DNA of 64,000 bases from Squalus acanthias (taxonomy: Eukaryota): contig JASTWF010000367.1 in assembly GCA_030390025.1 (NCBI GenBank), positions 1-64,000 of the forward strand. The letters are read 5' to 3'. The translations under genes and the position numbers were made by a program. The notes under the pieces were generated by a model. It was not told where the DNA came from, did not search any database, and saw nothing but the letters and a program-made list of their open reading frames with translations. Each line of letters opens with the position of its first letter. Within the stretch, counting starts at the first letter, position 1. Below, piece after piece: positions 35,185-48,312 of this stretch.

Positions 35185-36015
35185 GTTAAGAAGATGGAAA
35201 CCCATGGAATGAAGTGGAAAGTGGCGCATGGCTACGGAATTGACTCAGTGATAGGAAGCAAATGGTGATAGTGGATGGATGTTTTTCAGACTGGGAGGTA
35301 GTTTGCCGTGTTGTTCCCCAAGGGTCATTTTGGGTCCATTGCACTTTTCATTTTTTTTTATAAACAACCTAGGGAGCAGCATTACAAAATGTGCAGATGA
35401 CACAACACTTGGAAAAGTAGTAGATAACGATGAGGATAGTTATAGGCTTCAGGATGACATAGCAAGGATGGTGCGATGGGAAGAAGCATGGCAGAGAAGT
35501 GCGGAGAAGTGTAAGTGATGCACTTTGGGAGGATTAAAATGGAAAGACAGTGTGCTATAAATGACACAATTTTGAAACGTTTAAATGATCAGAAGAACCT
35601 AGATTTCCAGACAACAAATCCTTACAGGTGGCAGGGCAAGTTGATAAGTTGGTGAAAAAATCAGCTGGTTTACTTGGATTTTAAAAGAGGAATAGAATAT
35701 AAAAGAGAAAAGATCGTACTAGAACTTTATAAATCACTGGTAAAGCCTCAGCTGGAGTATTGTTGACAATTCTGAGCACCACACTTCAGGAAAGATGTAA
35801 CGGCCTTAGAAAGGGAACAGAGGAGGTTTACCAGGATGTTACCAGGGATGAGGGACTTCAGTTATGAGGCGAGGTTGGAAAAGTTAGGACTGTTCTCCTT
35901 GGAGCAGAGAAGTTAAGAGGAGGCCTAATAGAGGTTTTCTGGATGATGTGAGGTTTGATAGAGTAGACAGAGAAAAACTATTCCCTCTGGCGAGTGGGTC
36001 AAGAACTCGGGATAT
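35185..36015 (+). mobile_element. CR1 LINE RT fragment
   Basis: TKCADDTTLG, LQDDI..W, and CAGCTGGAGTATTG (QLEY) block. Confidence 0.88.
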
Positions 36016-36019
36016 TGGC

Positions 36020-39000
36020 TACCAGTGAATCTGCAGTCAATTTGCCGCATCAAAGGCCGAGTTTTATGCCAGATGCTAAACTTCTCCCAATAGCGTGTTA
36101 GACTCTCACCTCGGCAAAATCATCGACTGAAGAGATTCTCAGTAAAGCTCCTCACATTTCCAATCATTGTTGAAGCTTCCCGTTTCCAGTCTTCGACACT
36201 GGGGGTCTTGGTCACAACAGATCTTCTCTATGAACCTAGCGATCTTTCTCCAGTCCCAGTTAGTGTAGTGATGATTCGACTTCTCTCTCTCCACATTCCT
36301 GGGATACTGCTTACGCAAAGAATTTTTAAGATATATTTTTTATATAAACATGATTCATCTTTATTAAAGAATATGTTACAGGAAAACAATGGGACTTATT
36401 TTTGTGACTATTAATATATTTAACATGAAAATATTTACAATTTGTTTAAATTACTTACTTTAATATTAAATTGTTCTTTTCGTTCCTTGCCCCTATATAT
36501 AGGGACTGTACTCACTCAATGTCACAAAACAGCCGGAGCTCCACCCCTTCGATGTGTTCCAGGGTCACATGGCCAGGCTCTGCTCCTGGTGCGCAGTCTC
36601 ACTGGGCATGAGCGCAGTTTGTACAATCAGTCCTGTCTCCGACGCCGCCCCCATTTACTGAGACTCGAGACAGGGAGTACCGGCTCGCTAAATTACCCCT
36701 TACACATTCTCCCTCGCATCATCCAAATGGTCCTCATGTCCACCACCTGTTTATAAATTCTAAAGTCCCCCTTCTCTATATATCAGGCAAAGTGTCTCCC
36801 TCCAGCTTTGGCAGTTACAGGCACTCTGAGGTGAGAGTGCTGAGATGAGGCAGGGATCTTACAACCACCTCTCTCTACTAAAAATAGTCTATTCGCTTTA
36901 ACAAGGAGCATCAGAGGCAATAAGTGGAGGGATCATCAGTGGTATCAAGTCGTTGAATCATCGGATTAGGAACAGCATGGGTAAGTTATAGGGAAAAATT
37001 CCCTCAACACTGCACCATCAAACACTCCCAGGTACGGCATGGGTTAGATACAGAGTAAAGCTCCATCTACACCGTGCAATCAAAACATCCATGGGCAAGT
37101 ACAGCATGGGCTAGATACAGAGTAAAGCTCAATCTACAGTCTCCCCTCAAGCACTCCCAGGGCAGGCACAGCACGGGTTAGATACAGAGTAAAGCTCCCT
37201 CTATACTGTCACATCAAACACTCCCAGGGCAGGCAGACATGTGTCGGATACAGAGTAGAGCTCCCTCTACACTGTCCCATCAAACACTCCCAGGGCAGGC
37301 AGACAGGGGTCAGATACAGTGTTAATCTCACTGTATTATCGTTCATCAAGCACAGTGAACTCAGATACAGCATGTGGCCAATGCAGCGTACAGCTCTCTG
37401 ACACTTCCCAATGAAGCTCACCATCTCGCGCACAGCATGGTATGAATACAGGACAGAAATCCTGTACATGTGAGCATCACGTACTCCCAGGTGAGGTATG
37501 GGCGAGCTTTACATACCAGTGAATCCACAGTCAAATTGCCGCATCAAATGCCGAGCCTTTTGCAGAAATTAAACGGCATCCAACAGCGTGTCAGACTCTC
37601 ACCTTGAAAAAACCTGTTTTGATGGGATTGATTCTCAGTGGAGCTCCTCGCCTTTCCAATCATTCATGATGCTTCCTGATTAATCCCGTCTTGTTCAATG
37701 AGAGTGTTGGTCCCATCAGATCTGCTCCGTGAAACCAGCGACCTTTCTCGAGTCGCAGTTAGTGTGGTGCTGATTCGACATTGCTCTCTCCACCTTCCTG
37801 AGATAATGCTCACTCCGAGAATATTTTAACATCAAATGATTCGTTAATTCTGGAATCTATGACTCAAAAACAACGGGACTAATTTTGCGACTATCAATAT
37901 ATTTAATTTGAATGTATTTATCATTAATGACATTTGGTTGAATTACTTACTTTAATCTTAAATTGTTCTTATATTTCCTTTCCCCTATTTATAGGGGCTG
38001 TACTCACTCACAATATCTGCTGACAACTCCAGCTCCGCCCACAGTAACTCACCACTGATGGAGCGTAACCAGGGACGGAAACCTGTCTCCAGGTGACATC
38101 ACAATGGAGCCAGGAGCCAATCACACAGCAGCCAGTAACAATGTCACAAAGCAGCCGGAGCTCCGCCCAGTCGAGGTTTCACAGGGTCACATGACCATGC
38201 TCTGCTCCTGGTGCGCAGTCTCACTGGGGAAGAACACATGTTGTTCATTCTGTCCTGTCTCCGACCCAGTTCTCAGGTAACCGAGAGTACCTTCACCACA
38301 CGGACTGCAGCGGTTCACCACCACCTTCTCAAGGGCCATTAGGGATGGGCAATAATGCTGGCCTTGCCAGCGACGCCCACATCCCATGAATGGAAAAATA
38401 ATAGGCATGGAGAACAAACTCGCAAAATTGCCCCTTACGAATTCTCCCTTCCATCCTCCAAATATGAGGACCACTGTTCAATGGCCGTAATATCCACCTT
38501 TTGGTTTATACACCCTAAAGCTTCCCTCACATAATATCAGACAGTTTGTCTCCTCCAGCCTTGGCAGTGAAAGGCAGTTTGTGGTAATGGTGTTTGGATG
38601 ATGATGTAACAAACACCTCGGTGTTCTAAAACCAGTCTATTCCCTGTAACAGGAAGGGGCGGCAGAGCCACATTGAAGGGATCATTAGGGCTATTAATGG
38701 GTGGGGCATTTGATGCCATAATTGAACTGGAAATCATGGGCAATAATACTTACAGCTTGTTCTACATTGTCACATATAACACCAGGTCAGGTACAGCATG
38801 GGTTAGATACAGTGTAAATCATATTTAAACTACCCATCAAACACTCTCAGATCAGGTTCAGCACGGGGTAGATACTATGTGAAGCTCCTTCTACACGATC
38901 CCATCAAACATACTCAGGTTAGGTACAGAAATAGTTAATTACAGAGTAAAGGTCCCTCTACAAATTTCCATCATACACCCCCAGGGCAGGTAGAGCACGG

Positions 39001-39905
39001 GTTAAAAACAGAGTAAAACTTCCTCAACACTGCCCAACAAACCCTCCGAGGGCAGGTAGACAGGCGTTAGATACAGTTTAAAGCTCACTGTATTATCGTT
39101 CAGCAAGCACAGTGAACTCAGATACAGCATGTGGCCAATGCAGCGTACAGCTCTTCTTACACTACCCAATTAATCTCACCATCTCACGTACAGATGGTGC
39201 ACACCATCTCACAATACAGGACAGAGATCCCTGTACATGTGAGCATCACGCACTCCCAGGTGAGGTATGGACGACATTTACATCCCAGTGAATCCCCAGT
39301 CAAATTACCGCATCAAAGGCCGAGACTTTTGCCAGAAATTAAACGGCTTCCAATAGCTTGTTGGACTCTCACTTGAAAAAATCCTGTACTGATGGGATTC
39401 TCAGTGGAGCTCCTCGCCTTTGCAATCGTTGATGAAACGTCCTGTTTCATCCCGTCTTGTCCAATGTGAGTGTTGGTCCCACCAGATCAGCTCTGTGAAA
39501 CCAGCGACCTTTCTCTCGTTCCGGTTAGTAAGGTGCCGATTCGATTCTGCTCCCTCCACCTTCCTGAGATAAGGCTCACTTCAAGAATGTTTAACATAAA
39601 AATGATTCATATTAATTCCAGAATCTGTTAGTCGAAAGGAATGGGACTAATTTTGCGAGTATGAATATTTTTAATTTGAACCTATTTACAATTAATTACA
39701 TTTGCTTGAAGTACTCTTTTTGCAGACTGAACTCACTCACAATGTACGTTGCCAGCTCCAGCTCCGCCCACAATAATATCCCACTGATGCTGTTGAACCA
39801 GGGCTGAAAACCTGTCTCCAGGTGACATCACAAATGTGCCAGGAGCCAATCACAGAGCAGCCAAGACAAATGTCAACACAGCAGCCGGACCCTCTCCCAC
39901 TCGAG
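36020..39905. repeat. Tandem triplication (periods ~1.49 and ~1.77 kb, third copy partial) with embedded ~66-bp satellite blocks (~37000-37320, ~38780-39090)
   Basis: CCAGTGAATC..CAGTCAA.TT.CCGCATCAAA.GCCGAG at ~36022, ~37516, ~39285; satellite CACTCCCAGGGCAGG.ACAGCACGGGTTAGATACAGAGTAAAGCTCCCTCTACACTGTCCCATCAAA. Confidence 0.92.
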
Positions 39906-40615
39906 GTTGTACTTTTGCAATTTAGTAAACTGTATTCGCTGCTCAGGATGCGGTCTCCTCTACACTGGGGAGACCAAACGCAGATTGGGTGACCGCTTTG
40001 TGGAACACCTCCGTTCAGTCCGTAAGTGTGACCCTGAGCTTCCGGTCACCTGTCACTTTAATTCTCCGCTCCACTCCCACTCTGATCTCTCCGTCCTCGG
40101 CTTCTAACACTGTTCCAATGAAGCTCAACGTAAGCTCGAGGAACAGCACCTCATCTTTCGATTAGACACTTTACAGCCTTCTGGACTCAACATCGAGTTC
40201 AACAATTTCAGATCATAACCTCGGCCCCTATTTTCTTTCTCTCACAAGGTTGCTGTTTGTGATTCTGCCATTGCCATTGACACCTCATCTAGACTCATCT
40301 TTCGTTTCTTAACTGGTCCCATTACCATCTCCTCTTGCCTTGCACCATCAGCCCATTTGTCATTTAATCTCTCCTGTCTTCCATCCTATCACAGACCTTC
40401 CCTTTTGTTCTTTCCTCCCCTCCTCCCTTTCCCTGTCCCTACACTTGCTTAAAACTCTGTTATATCTCCAACTTTTCCAGTTCTGACGAAGGGTCATCGA
40501 CCTGAAACGTTAACACTGCTTCTCTCTCTACAGATGCTGCCTGACCTGCTGAGTGTTTCCAGCATTTTCTGTTTATATTTCTGATTTCCAGCATCCGCAG
40601 TGTTTTGTTTTTGTA
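39906..40615 (+). mobile_element. Penelope-like element 3' fragment with hammerhead motif at ~40480-40514
   Basis: NLVNCIRCSGCGLLYTGETKRRLGDRFVEH; homologous to 13890-14600; GTT-CTGACGA-AGGGTCATCGACCT-GAAA-CGTT-AAC. Confidence 0.9.
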
Positions 40616-41327
40616 TCAGAATAGTGGAAGAATCCGCTCCCCACCCGAGGGAGGTCATTGGTGTGAGACCCCGGTAGCAGCCGAGCTTGCACCGCCTGGA
40701 GTCCCAAGTACACGGATGACCTGATGTAGATTCAGGCCCTGTTATAAACTCATTTAGAAACAATTTAACTGGATTTCGAGACGAGATCGATATTTACTGT
40801 ATAATGACGGATGATTCCAGTTCTATCGCTGCAGACTGCCCCAGAGATTTATTATTCAAGTGAAATTGCAGAATTGTGGGATTTGAAATGCTTTCCGACC
40901 GTTTACATTGTGTTTATTTTGCAAGAGTTTATCAAGGCTGAGTTGGAATCAGTTCAGCGGAGATGCAAAGAAAGATCTGAGCTCGCTGCCTGAATCCAGC
41001 CCCGGGCTGGCCGTGCTCGTCTGGTTCCAGACTGAAGGAGCGCTCCAGTGATGCGATTAGCATTGAACGCACAAACTGTGTGCTTTGTATTGGTAGTTAG
41101 TGAGAGTCAGTCAGCGCTTGCACAATAACTTGATATCGGAAAGTTGTTAGCTTGAATTTCACTGTAAAGTGACTTAGCAGGACTGTAATACTTGTGTTCA
41201 CAGTGAGTGGAGGAACTATCTACGGCCAAATTGGTTGTAAATACAGCAGAAGATTGTGAATTTGTTTTTCTAACGAGATGCTTTTCAATTAGTGTTTCAC
41301 ACTATTCTCAGTACAATATAAATGCTT

Positions 41328-41760
41328 TCTGGAGGAGTCCGTGTTCCATGTTTATGTGGAATGTGAGAGTTTGAAGACCCTCTCCATTATTTGAAGGGGC
41401 TGCTCCTCGATTTTTGGCTGCACTTCAGTCCCAAGCTGCTGATCTTTGGTGACCCGGTGTGGAGGGGAGCGGGCAGGTCGGGGACCTCCTCGTAGGACTG
41501 CTCCTGGGCCTGGCCAAAGTGGCCATCAACTCGTCCAGGCAGCGGGCGGTCAAGGGTGTCATTCGGCCCGACTGCCTGCCTCTCTTCTGCGGCCACGTTC
41601 GCGCCCGGGTGGCCCTGGAGATGGAGCACGCAGTGTCCGCCGGCACGCTCGAGGCCTCCCGTGACTGGTCGGCACCGGAGGGACCTGGATTGCATCATCA
41701 CCCCCGGCAACAACATTTTAATTTAAGTTAATATTCCTTTCGTGTTTTTTGTTAAGTTAC
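41328..41760 (+). mobile_element. Tx1-like (L1 clade) LINE ORF2 C-terminal fragment
   Basis: EESVFHVYVEC zinc-knuckle remnant; LLLGLAKVAINSSR; RARVALE. Confidence 0.75.
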
Positions 41761-43179
41761 AGTTGATTTGTTTATTTTTTCCACCAAAGGAGCTATAATA
41801 GAAATGCTGTCCTTGTCTGATTCATTATTTGCTCCAAATAAGCACGGTCTCTAAACTGTCAGACAGCTTGTCCGACATCCAGTACTGGATGAACAGAAAT
41901 TTCCTCCAACTAAATATTGGGAAGACCAAAGCTGTTTAAAACCTTCTAATTAAACTGGTACTTGGACTTATTTCATAGATCAGCATTTTTTTCATTAAAC
42001 TCACAATTTATTAGTCCCTATGTTTACAACTTCCTGTTTTGATGCTCACTAAAGGACCAACAATGTTTTATACCTCCTACAAGTAATGTGGCTGAATTTC
42101 AGAAAGAGATTCAATGTTAATTTTCAGTATTAAAATATATCATTTATAGAGGTAATAGACAAAACTCTTTTCCTTGTTATGGGTGCATTATTGTTTGTTA
42201 TGTTCATTTTTGAGTTGAAAGAACAGAATTTGTCACTGAATTCTGACAGATGTTCGCTTTATTTAACTCTCTTATTCAGCTTCCCAAGTAATTCAAATGA
42301 AACTCGGTCGACGAAAAAAAATCTGCTCCACCTAAACCTGCACAATGTGGATCTGCTATTAATAAATCAGCTTCAATCCTTCTAACCGTCTGTGTGCTGG
42401 GTTTTTTGTTCTAAAAAGCTTTATTCATCACACAGACACCTCACAGTATGAATGAGATTATTCTCCTCTGTATCTGCATCAAATCAATTCAAACAGCTCT
42501 GCAGGCAGCTATTGTTAAGCGAGGAGTCTGTTTGACAAATTTTCTCCACCAATATTCAGGAAACTTTTTTATTGCAAGTGACCGATATTTTCTTAGTTTA
42601 TTTTTTCCTAAAATTGTTTTGTAGCATTGTTAAGAAAACATGCAAGGGCGGACTAATCACTTTCCATTGCATTTCTATTCAAAATTGATTGAGCAGATTG
42701 TAAACGGTGCTATCCCATGTTTGTCTTGGTATCGGGGAAATGCAAAGGGTGATTTTTCCACTGCAGATCTTCTTTTACGATGTGAAACAGGATCCTTCGC
42801 TTGCTTTCACCAACCAGAAGAAACACGTTCGTAATTGCTGGGTAGTTGCTGGGCAAACAGCCCAACTCTGCGCCAACAATTGGTTTTTCACAGGCGGTGC
42901 GGAGGATCTGTCAAGGCAAGATCGCAAGATCAGGATTTAGCGCATGCGCGGAAATCCCGAACTTGCGGTATGTTTCAAAGGGGTATGATGACGTAGTCTC
43001 AGAGTACACCGTCATACCCACCTCACAATCCGGGCCAATGTAACAGGACTTTCAGCATCAGCAGCCAATGGAATGTCCCTCGATTAAAAATCTCTCTGGT
43101 TGCTTTGTAACAATTACTGTTCAATTATTGGTAATAATAATGTCTGTAATTTGTTGTATGGTTAATTTTGATGTGCAAT

Positions 43180-44165
43180 AATTCCTCAGCCATGTCTGCG
43201 GATGATGTCGCTAAAGGGCTGACGAGGGATTAAGAATAGACCATTGGGGGACTCAGAAGGTGCTGGGGGTGATTGGATAAAATATTGCAGGATGTGCTCT
43301 GGCTGCAATCGGATAGGTTCGGGTTGTTCCACAGAGGGAAGTCCCACTGAGCTGGACAAGGGAGGAGAGGTTTTGAAGGAGAATAGTTTGGTCGAATGTG
43401 TCAAAGGCTGCAGAGAGATGGAGGAAGACAAGGATGATAATGCATCTTGGTCAGTCACATAGGCAGTCCAGTGTGAATTTGATTCGGGCCATTTTGGTCT
43501 TGTGCCAGACATAGAAAGCTGATTGGGTAGAGTCAAACATGGAGTTTCAGGAAAGATGAGAATTGATTTGAGAGGTGAAAAGGTGTTCAAGAACTTTGGA
43601 GAGGAAAGGAATGTTGGAGATGGGTCAGCAATGTGCTGGGACAGAGGAATCAAGGGTGTTTATTTTAAGGGGGGTTGAAAATGGCAGCTTTGAAAGGGGG
43701 TGGAAGAAATGCACCTGAGGAGATGGAACCATTTACAATGGCAGCTTACTTGGGATACAGGAAAGGAACTTCGATCGTCAGCCGTTTCATGGGAATAGGT
43801 TCTAGGGAGCAGGGGATGGTTCTCATAGACAAGATGCTCTCAAAGGACCTTAGAGCAAATAGGAGAAACAAGAAACACTCGGTTTCCCAGCTGTGACACA
43901 GGGAGCCTGGGGAAAGGTTTGGCTTGGTGGGTAAAGGAGCTAGGTTTAAGGAGATGGGTGGCAATGGGGAAAAGCTGTGTGATATTGTTGATCTCCAGGA
44001 TAATTCTGGACAAGTTGTGGGTGTTGGCAGAGGAGAGTGAGGCAGAATAGCACTTGAAGTGGCCCAATCAGTTCTGGTGATGGGTGGATAAGCCAGTTCT
44101 GTGCCAGATATGATCAAATCTGCGATCCTTGGACTTGAGGGATTGAATATGGGAGCCCTAGCAGG
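43180..44165 (-). mobile_element. L2 LINE RT fragment
   Basis: Minus-strand PISDPSPTFLSSPKFLNT-like and D(L)SAAFDT-region remnants (CTCTGCAGCCTTTGACAC). Confidence 0.7.
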
Positions 44166-44179
44166 GGGGGGGGGGGGTA

Positions 44180-44640
44180 ATGAGATGAATAATGGTCATA
44201 TGATGTGACCAGTGGAGTTTACCTTTAATATTCAATGAATGAGACCAATAATGTTCATATATGAAATGAATAATGTACCTATGATTAGACCAATAGTGTT
44301 CTTATATTAACAGCAATAAGGGCTCTATTGTGAGATGAATAATGTTCCTGCCATGTGAACAATGTTGTTTTATAAGAATAATGATATGAATAATGTGCAT
44401 ATGAGGAGACCAATAGTGTTCTTACATTGAACCCAATAATTTCCTATCGTGAGATGAATAATATTCATGTAACGCCAACAATGTTCATTAATTGACACCA
44501 ATATTGTGTGTATGATCAGGCCAATAATATGGTCATCAATGTTTATTTAAGAGCCATCATCTTATATTGAGACTAAAAATAATAAAATGCATAAGATTGG
44601 ACCAACAATATTCATATAATGAGACAAATTATGTTCATAT
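44180..44640. repeat. Diverged AT-rich tandem repeat (ATGAGACCAATAATGTTCAT-like) just downstream of the NLR-B stop codon
   Basis: Recurrent GACCAATA / ATGAATAATGT motifs. Confidence 0.75.
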
Positions 44641-44693
44641 CAGGAGATGACAATTTTCTTGAGGAGACCAGCAATGCTCAACCCGCGAACTGA

Positions 44694-44781
44694 TCACATT
44701 TCCACGCTCAGGCCACATCTGGATTCCTGCAGCAGCTGCAGCTGTTCCTTTCCGGTGGAACTGAAAGAGTTCTCCCCCAGC
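44694..44781 (-). pseudogene. NLR-B terminal exon
   Basis: ttgcag|G; LGENSFSSTGKEQLQLLQESRCGLSVEM then TGA; same length as the NLR-A terminal exon. Confidence 0.88.
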
Positions 44782-45227
44782 CTGCAACAGGTTAATGTTT
44801 AAACAGAAAATACACAGAATACACAACAGTGAAAACAATAGGTAGACTGGGGTTAATATTTCAATAATTAGAGCCACATATCAACATTAATGATATTCTG
44901 GTATTGAATCGTTATGTGGCTGAAAGAGTGGTGTGGGAGGGAGGGGTTCCATTTCATAGGACCCTGTCACCAGTACTGGGACAGGATGGAGCAGTACCAC
45001 TGGAATGGGCTCCACATGAACCGCAATCAGACTAGAATCGTAGTGGAAAGGATCAATAGGGCCTTGGGCAAGGCTTTAAACTAGTAAGATGGGGGAGGGA
45101 GGGATCTGGTAGAAATATAATACACCTAAAGATAAAAGAAATAGGAGACGCGAGCAAAGGTCAGACAGAGGAAAGGAATAAAGATGACGAACGGTCAGAG
45201 AAGAAACACAGTTGGGCTTAGAGCATC

Positions 45228-47275
45228 ATAGAATGATACTGTATGGAAGGCAGCCATTCTGCCCATCGTGCCTGTGTCGGCTCTTTGAAGGAGCTATCCA
45301 ATTAGTCCCACTTCCTGCTCTTACCCCAGAGCACGGCAATATTTTTTCATGTTCAAGTATTTATCCAACTGAAAGTGATTACTGAATCTGCATCCACCAC
45401 CAGTTCATAGTGTATTCTAGATCATAACAACTCACTGCATTTTTCCTCATGTCGTCTCTGGTTCTTTTGCCAATTGCCATAGATCTATATCCTCTGGTTA
45501 CTGACCATGAAGCCACTGGAAACAGTTTCTCCTTACTTAATAAATCACAACACTTCATGATTTAAACATCTAGATCAAATCTCCTCTTAGCATTCTCTGC
45601 TCCAAGGAGAACTCCAGCTTCTCCATTCTGTCCATGTAACTGTATTCCCTCATCCCTAGAACCATTCCAGTAAATCTCTTCTATACCCTCCCCAAAGCCT
45701 TCACATTCTTCCTAACATGCGGTGCCCCGAATTGGACACAATACCCCAGCTGGGGCCGAACCAGTGTTTTTATACAGGTTTAGAATACCGTCCTGTCTTT
45801 TGTACTCTGCCTCTATTTATAAAGCCCGGGATCCCATGTGATTTATTAACTGCTTTGTTAACCTGTCCTGCCACCTTGAACGATCTGTGCATCAAAACCC
45901 CCAGGTCTGTTTGTTCTTGCACCTTTAAAATTGTACAATTTAGCACATGTTGTCTCTCCTCATTCTCCCTACCAACATACATCACCTCACCATTTTCCAT
46001 ATTGAATTTTATCTGCGATATGCCCGCCCATTCCACCAGCCTGTCTATGTCTTCTTGCTAACTTACCTGACGAAGGAGCGACAGCTCCGAAAGCTTGTAA
46101 AATTAAATAAATCTGTTGGACTATAACCTGGTGTTGTGCGACTTCTCATTCTTGAAGTTTGTTACTAATCCCCTCACTTTACGACACTTCCAAGCTTCGT
46201 GTCATCTGCAAATTTCGAAACTGGACCCAGCCCCCCAAGTCCAAGTCATTAATTTACATCAAAAGCAACAGTGGTCCATGTTCTGAATCCTGGGGATCAC
46301 CACTGTATAACTCACTTCAGTCCGAAAAACAGCCATTTACCACAACTTTCTCTTTTCTATCCCTTAGCCAATTGTGTTCACGCTGCTACTGCCCCTGTTA
46401 TCCCATGGGCTTCAATTTTGCTCACATGCCTATTATGTGGTACTTTATCAAACACCTTTTGAAAGTGCATATACACAACATCAACTGCACTGCCCTCTTC
46501 CACCCTCTGTTACCTCATCAAAAAACTCAATCAGGTTATTCAAACACAATTTGCGCTTAACAACTGTTAACTCTTGCCCCAATTTATTCCCCAGAACTAG
46601 ATCCAACACTGCTTCCTTCCTCGTTGGCTGAAAACATGTTCAAGAGAGTTATCTTTTACACATTTCAGGAAATCCTCGCCCTCTTTTCCCTTAAGTCATT
46701 TTCCAAGTCTATATTAAGACAATTGAAGTCCCCCATTATCACTTCGCTAAAAATCATGCGTCTTTCTACAATTTGCCTGCAAATTTGCTCCTCTATCTCC
46801 TTTCCCCTATGTGGTGGTTTATAGTATTTACCCAGCAGCAGAATAGCTCCTCTATTTTTCGTTAATTCTAACCAAATAGATTCCATATTTGATCCCTCAA
46901 CCACATCACCCCTTTCAAGGACTGCCGCAAACCATCCTTTTTTCCTTCCTTACCTTTCCTGAATGCATTGTAGCAGGAAAATTAAGCGCCCATCCCTCCA
47001 TTTTTTGAGCCAGTCTCTGTTATTGCTGTTATATCATAATACCATGTGGCTACTTGTGCTGGCAGCTCACCAACCTTACTTACCATGGTATTATGCACAT
47101 GCACTCTAAACCCATCTTAGTCTGCCTCGCACTTCCCCCCGCCCCCCTCAGATCCCTCCTATTACTGAACTAACTGTTATTCTAATGATGTTTGTCTCTT
47201 GCAATCCACTGTGCACCTGGTATCTCCTTTTTAATGCTTCACCCTGGTGCCCCTCCCCAGCAAAATTAGTTTAAA
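45228..47275 (-). mobile_element. Nested CR1 LINE with internal deletions
   Basis: ESIWLEL..YYKPP..MGDFN (endonuclease); RT region; 3' UTR at ~45228-45330. Confidence 0.85.
46058..46148 (+). mobile_element. 91-bp hammerhead-ribozyme mini-element (Penelope pseudo-LTR type) with 6-bp TSD
   Basis: TTCTTG at 46052-46057 and 46149-46154; TTAC-CTGACGA-A-GGAGC gaca GCTCC-GAAA-GCTT-GTAA. Confidence 0.85.
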
Positions 47276-48312
47276 TAGATCAGAAGAATAAAAAACTTAA
47301 AATAAGAGAGGAGTGACTAATAAATAATAATTAAATTGCTTGTACAGCAATGTAAACTGTCGAAATTAAAATGGGGAACTGGAGGCACTAATTCAAAGCG
47401 AAGAACCAGATATAGCAATTATAACCAAAGTATGGCTCAATAAAAAGCAGGACTGGCAATTAAATATTGCAGGTTATAGCATATTTGGAAAGGAGAAGGG
47501 AGGAAGAAGGGGTGAAGTAGCTGTACTAATTGTTAATATAAGGCAGTAGAATAAAAGGGACAAAAGTAATAGAAAGCTAGAAAGAGAATCCATATAGATT
47601 CAGCTAAAATAAAAGGGATCGATTACACTAATGGAGGTATTGTACAGATCACCGTATAGTGGAATAGAGGTGGAGGAAGAAACATGTAAACACACCAATG
47701 AAATGAGTAAAAGACACAGAATAACTGTCATGGAAGGTTTCAACTACCCATAACTGATAAGAAGAGGTAGGTAAAGGGGAAACGGTGATGGAATTTTTAC
47801 AGTGTGCTCAGGACTCCTTTCTTAACTAGTATGTAGGAAGCCCAGCAAGAGAGGAATCACTGCTGGATCTAGAAATGGGCAATGAACTAAAGCAGTTAAG
47901 AAAAGTAAGCTTCGGGGAACATCGAGGTAATAACGATCACGATGTAATAAGTTTTAAGATAAAGATTGAGAAGGTCATAAGACAAAGACCAAAAGTAATC
48001 GATTGCTAAAGAGCTGATTTTGAGGGGATAAGATTGGAACTAGGGAAAATGAACTGGAGAACAATATTGACGGTGATCAATAGTTTGCAAGAGCAATATA
48101 TTCCAATAAAAAAGCAAGAATTGAAATTTAAAAAAGGCATACATTAAGTACTTAGACTACAAAGGAAACAATGACAAAAGGGAATATGAAAAGATTCAGC
48201 AAGAAGTCAAAAAATATCCAATGTTGATTCATAATTATATCCCCAATAGTAATAATGCTGAACGGCTTTAGAAGTCGAGGTATTATGAACGCAATCTCAG
48301 TCTAGTACTTAC

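Larger units (their letters stand above)
44900..48215 (+). mobile_element. Old CR1 (ORF1 end + endonuclease region), split by a second CR1
   Basis: WLKEWCGREGF..NGLHMN esterase end at ~44915-45025; endonuclease remnants at 47330-47960. Confidence 0.75.

Noticed and set aside
34853..35520. Twin-priming 5' inversion of a single CR1 at ~35170
   Set aside because: Both sides contain the same FADD-to-QLEY region and differ in sequence, so they are two separate elements
40620..41325. Apparently unique, moderately CpG-containing stretch, possible exon or promoter
   Set aside because: No recognisable peptide, repeat or convincing splice pair; cannot be supported
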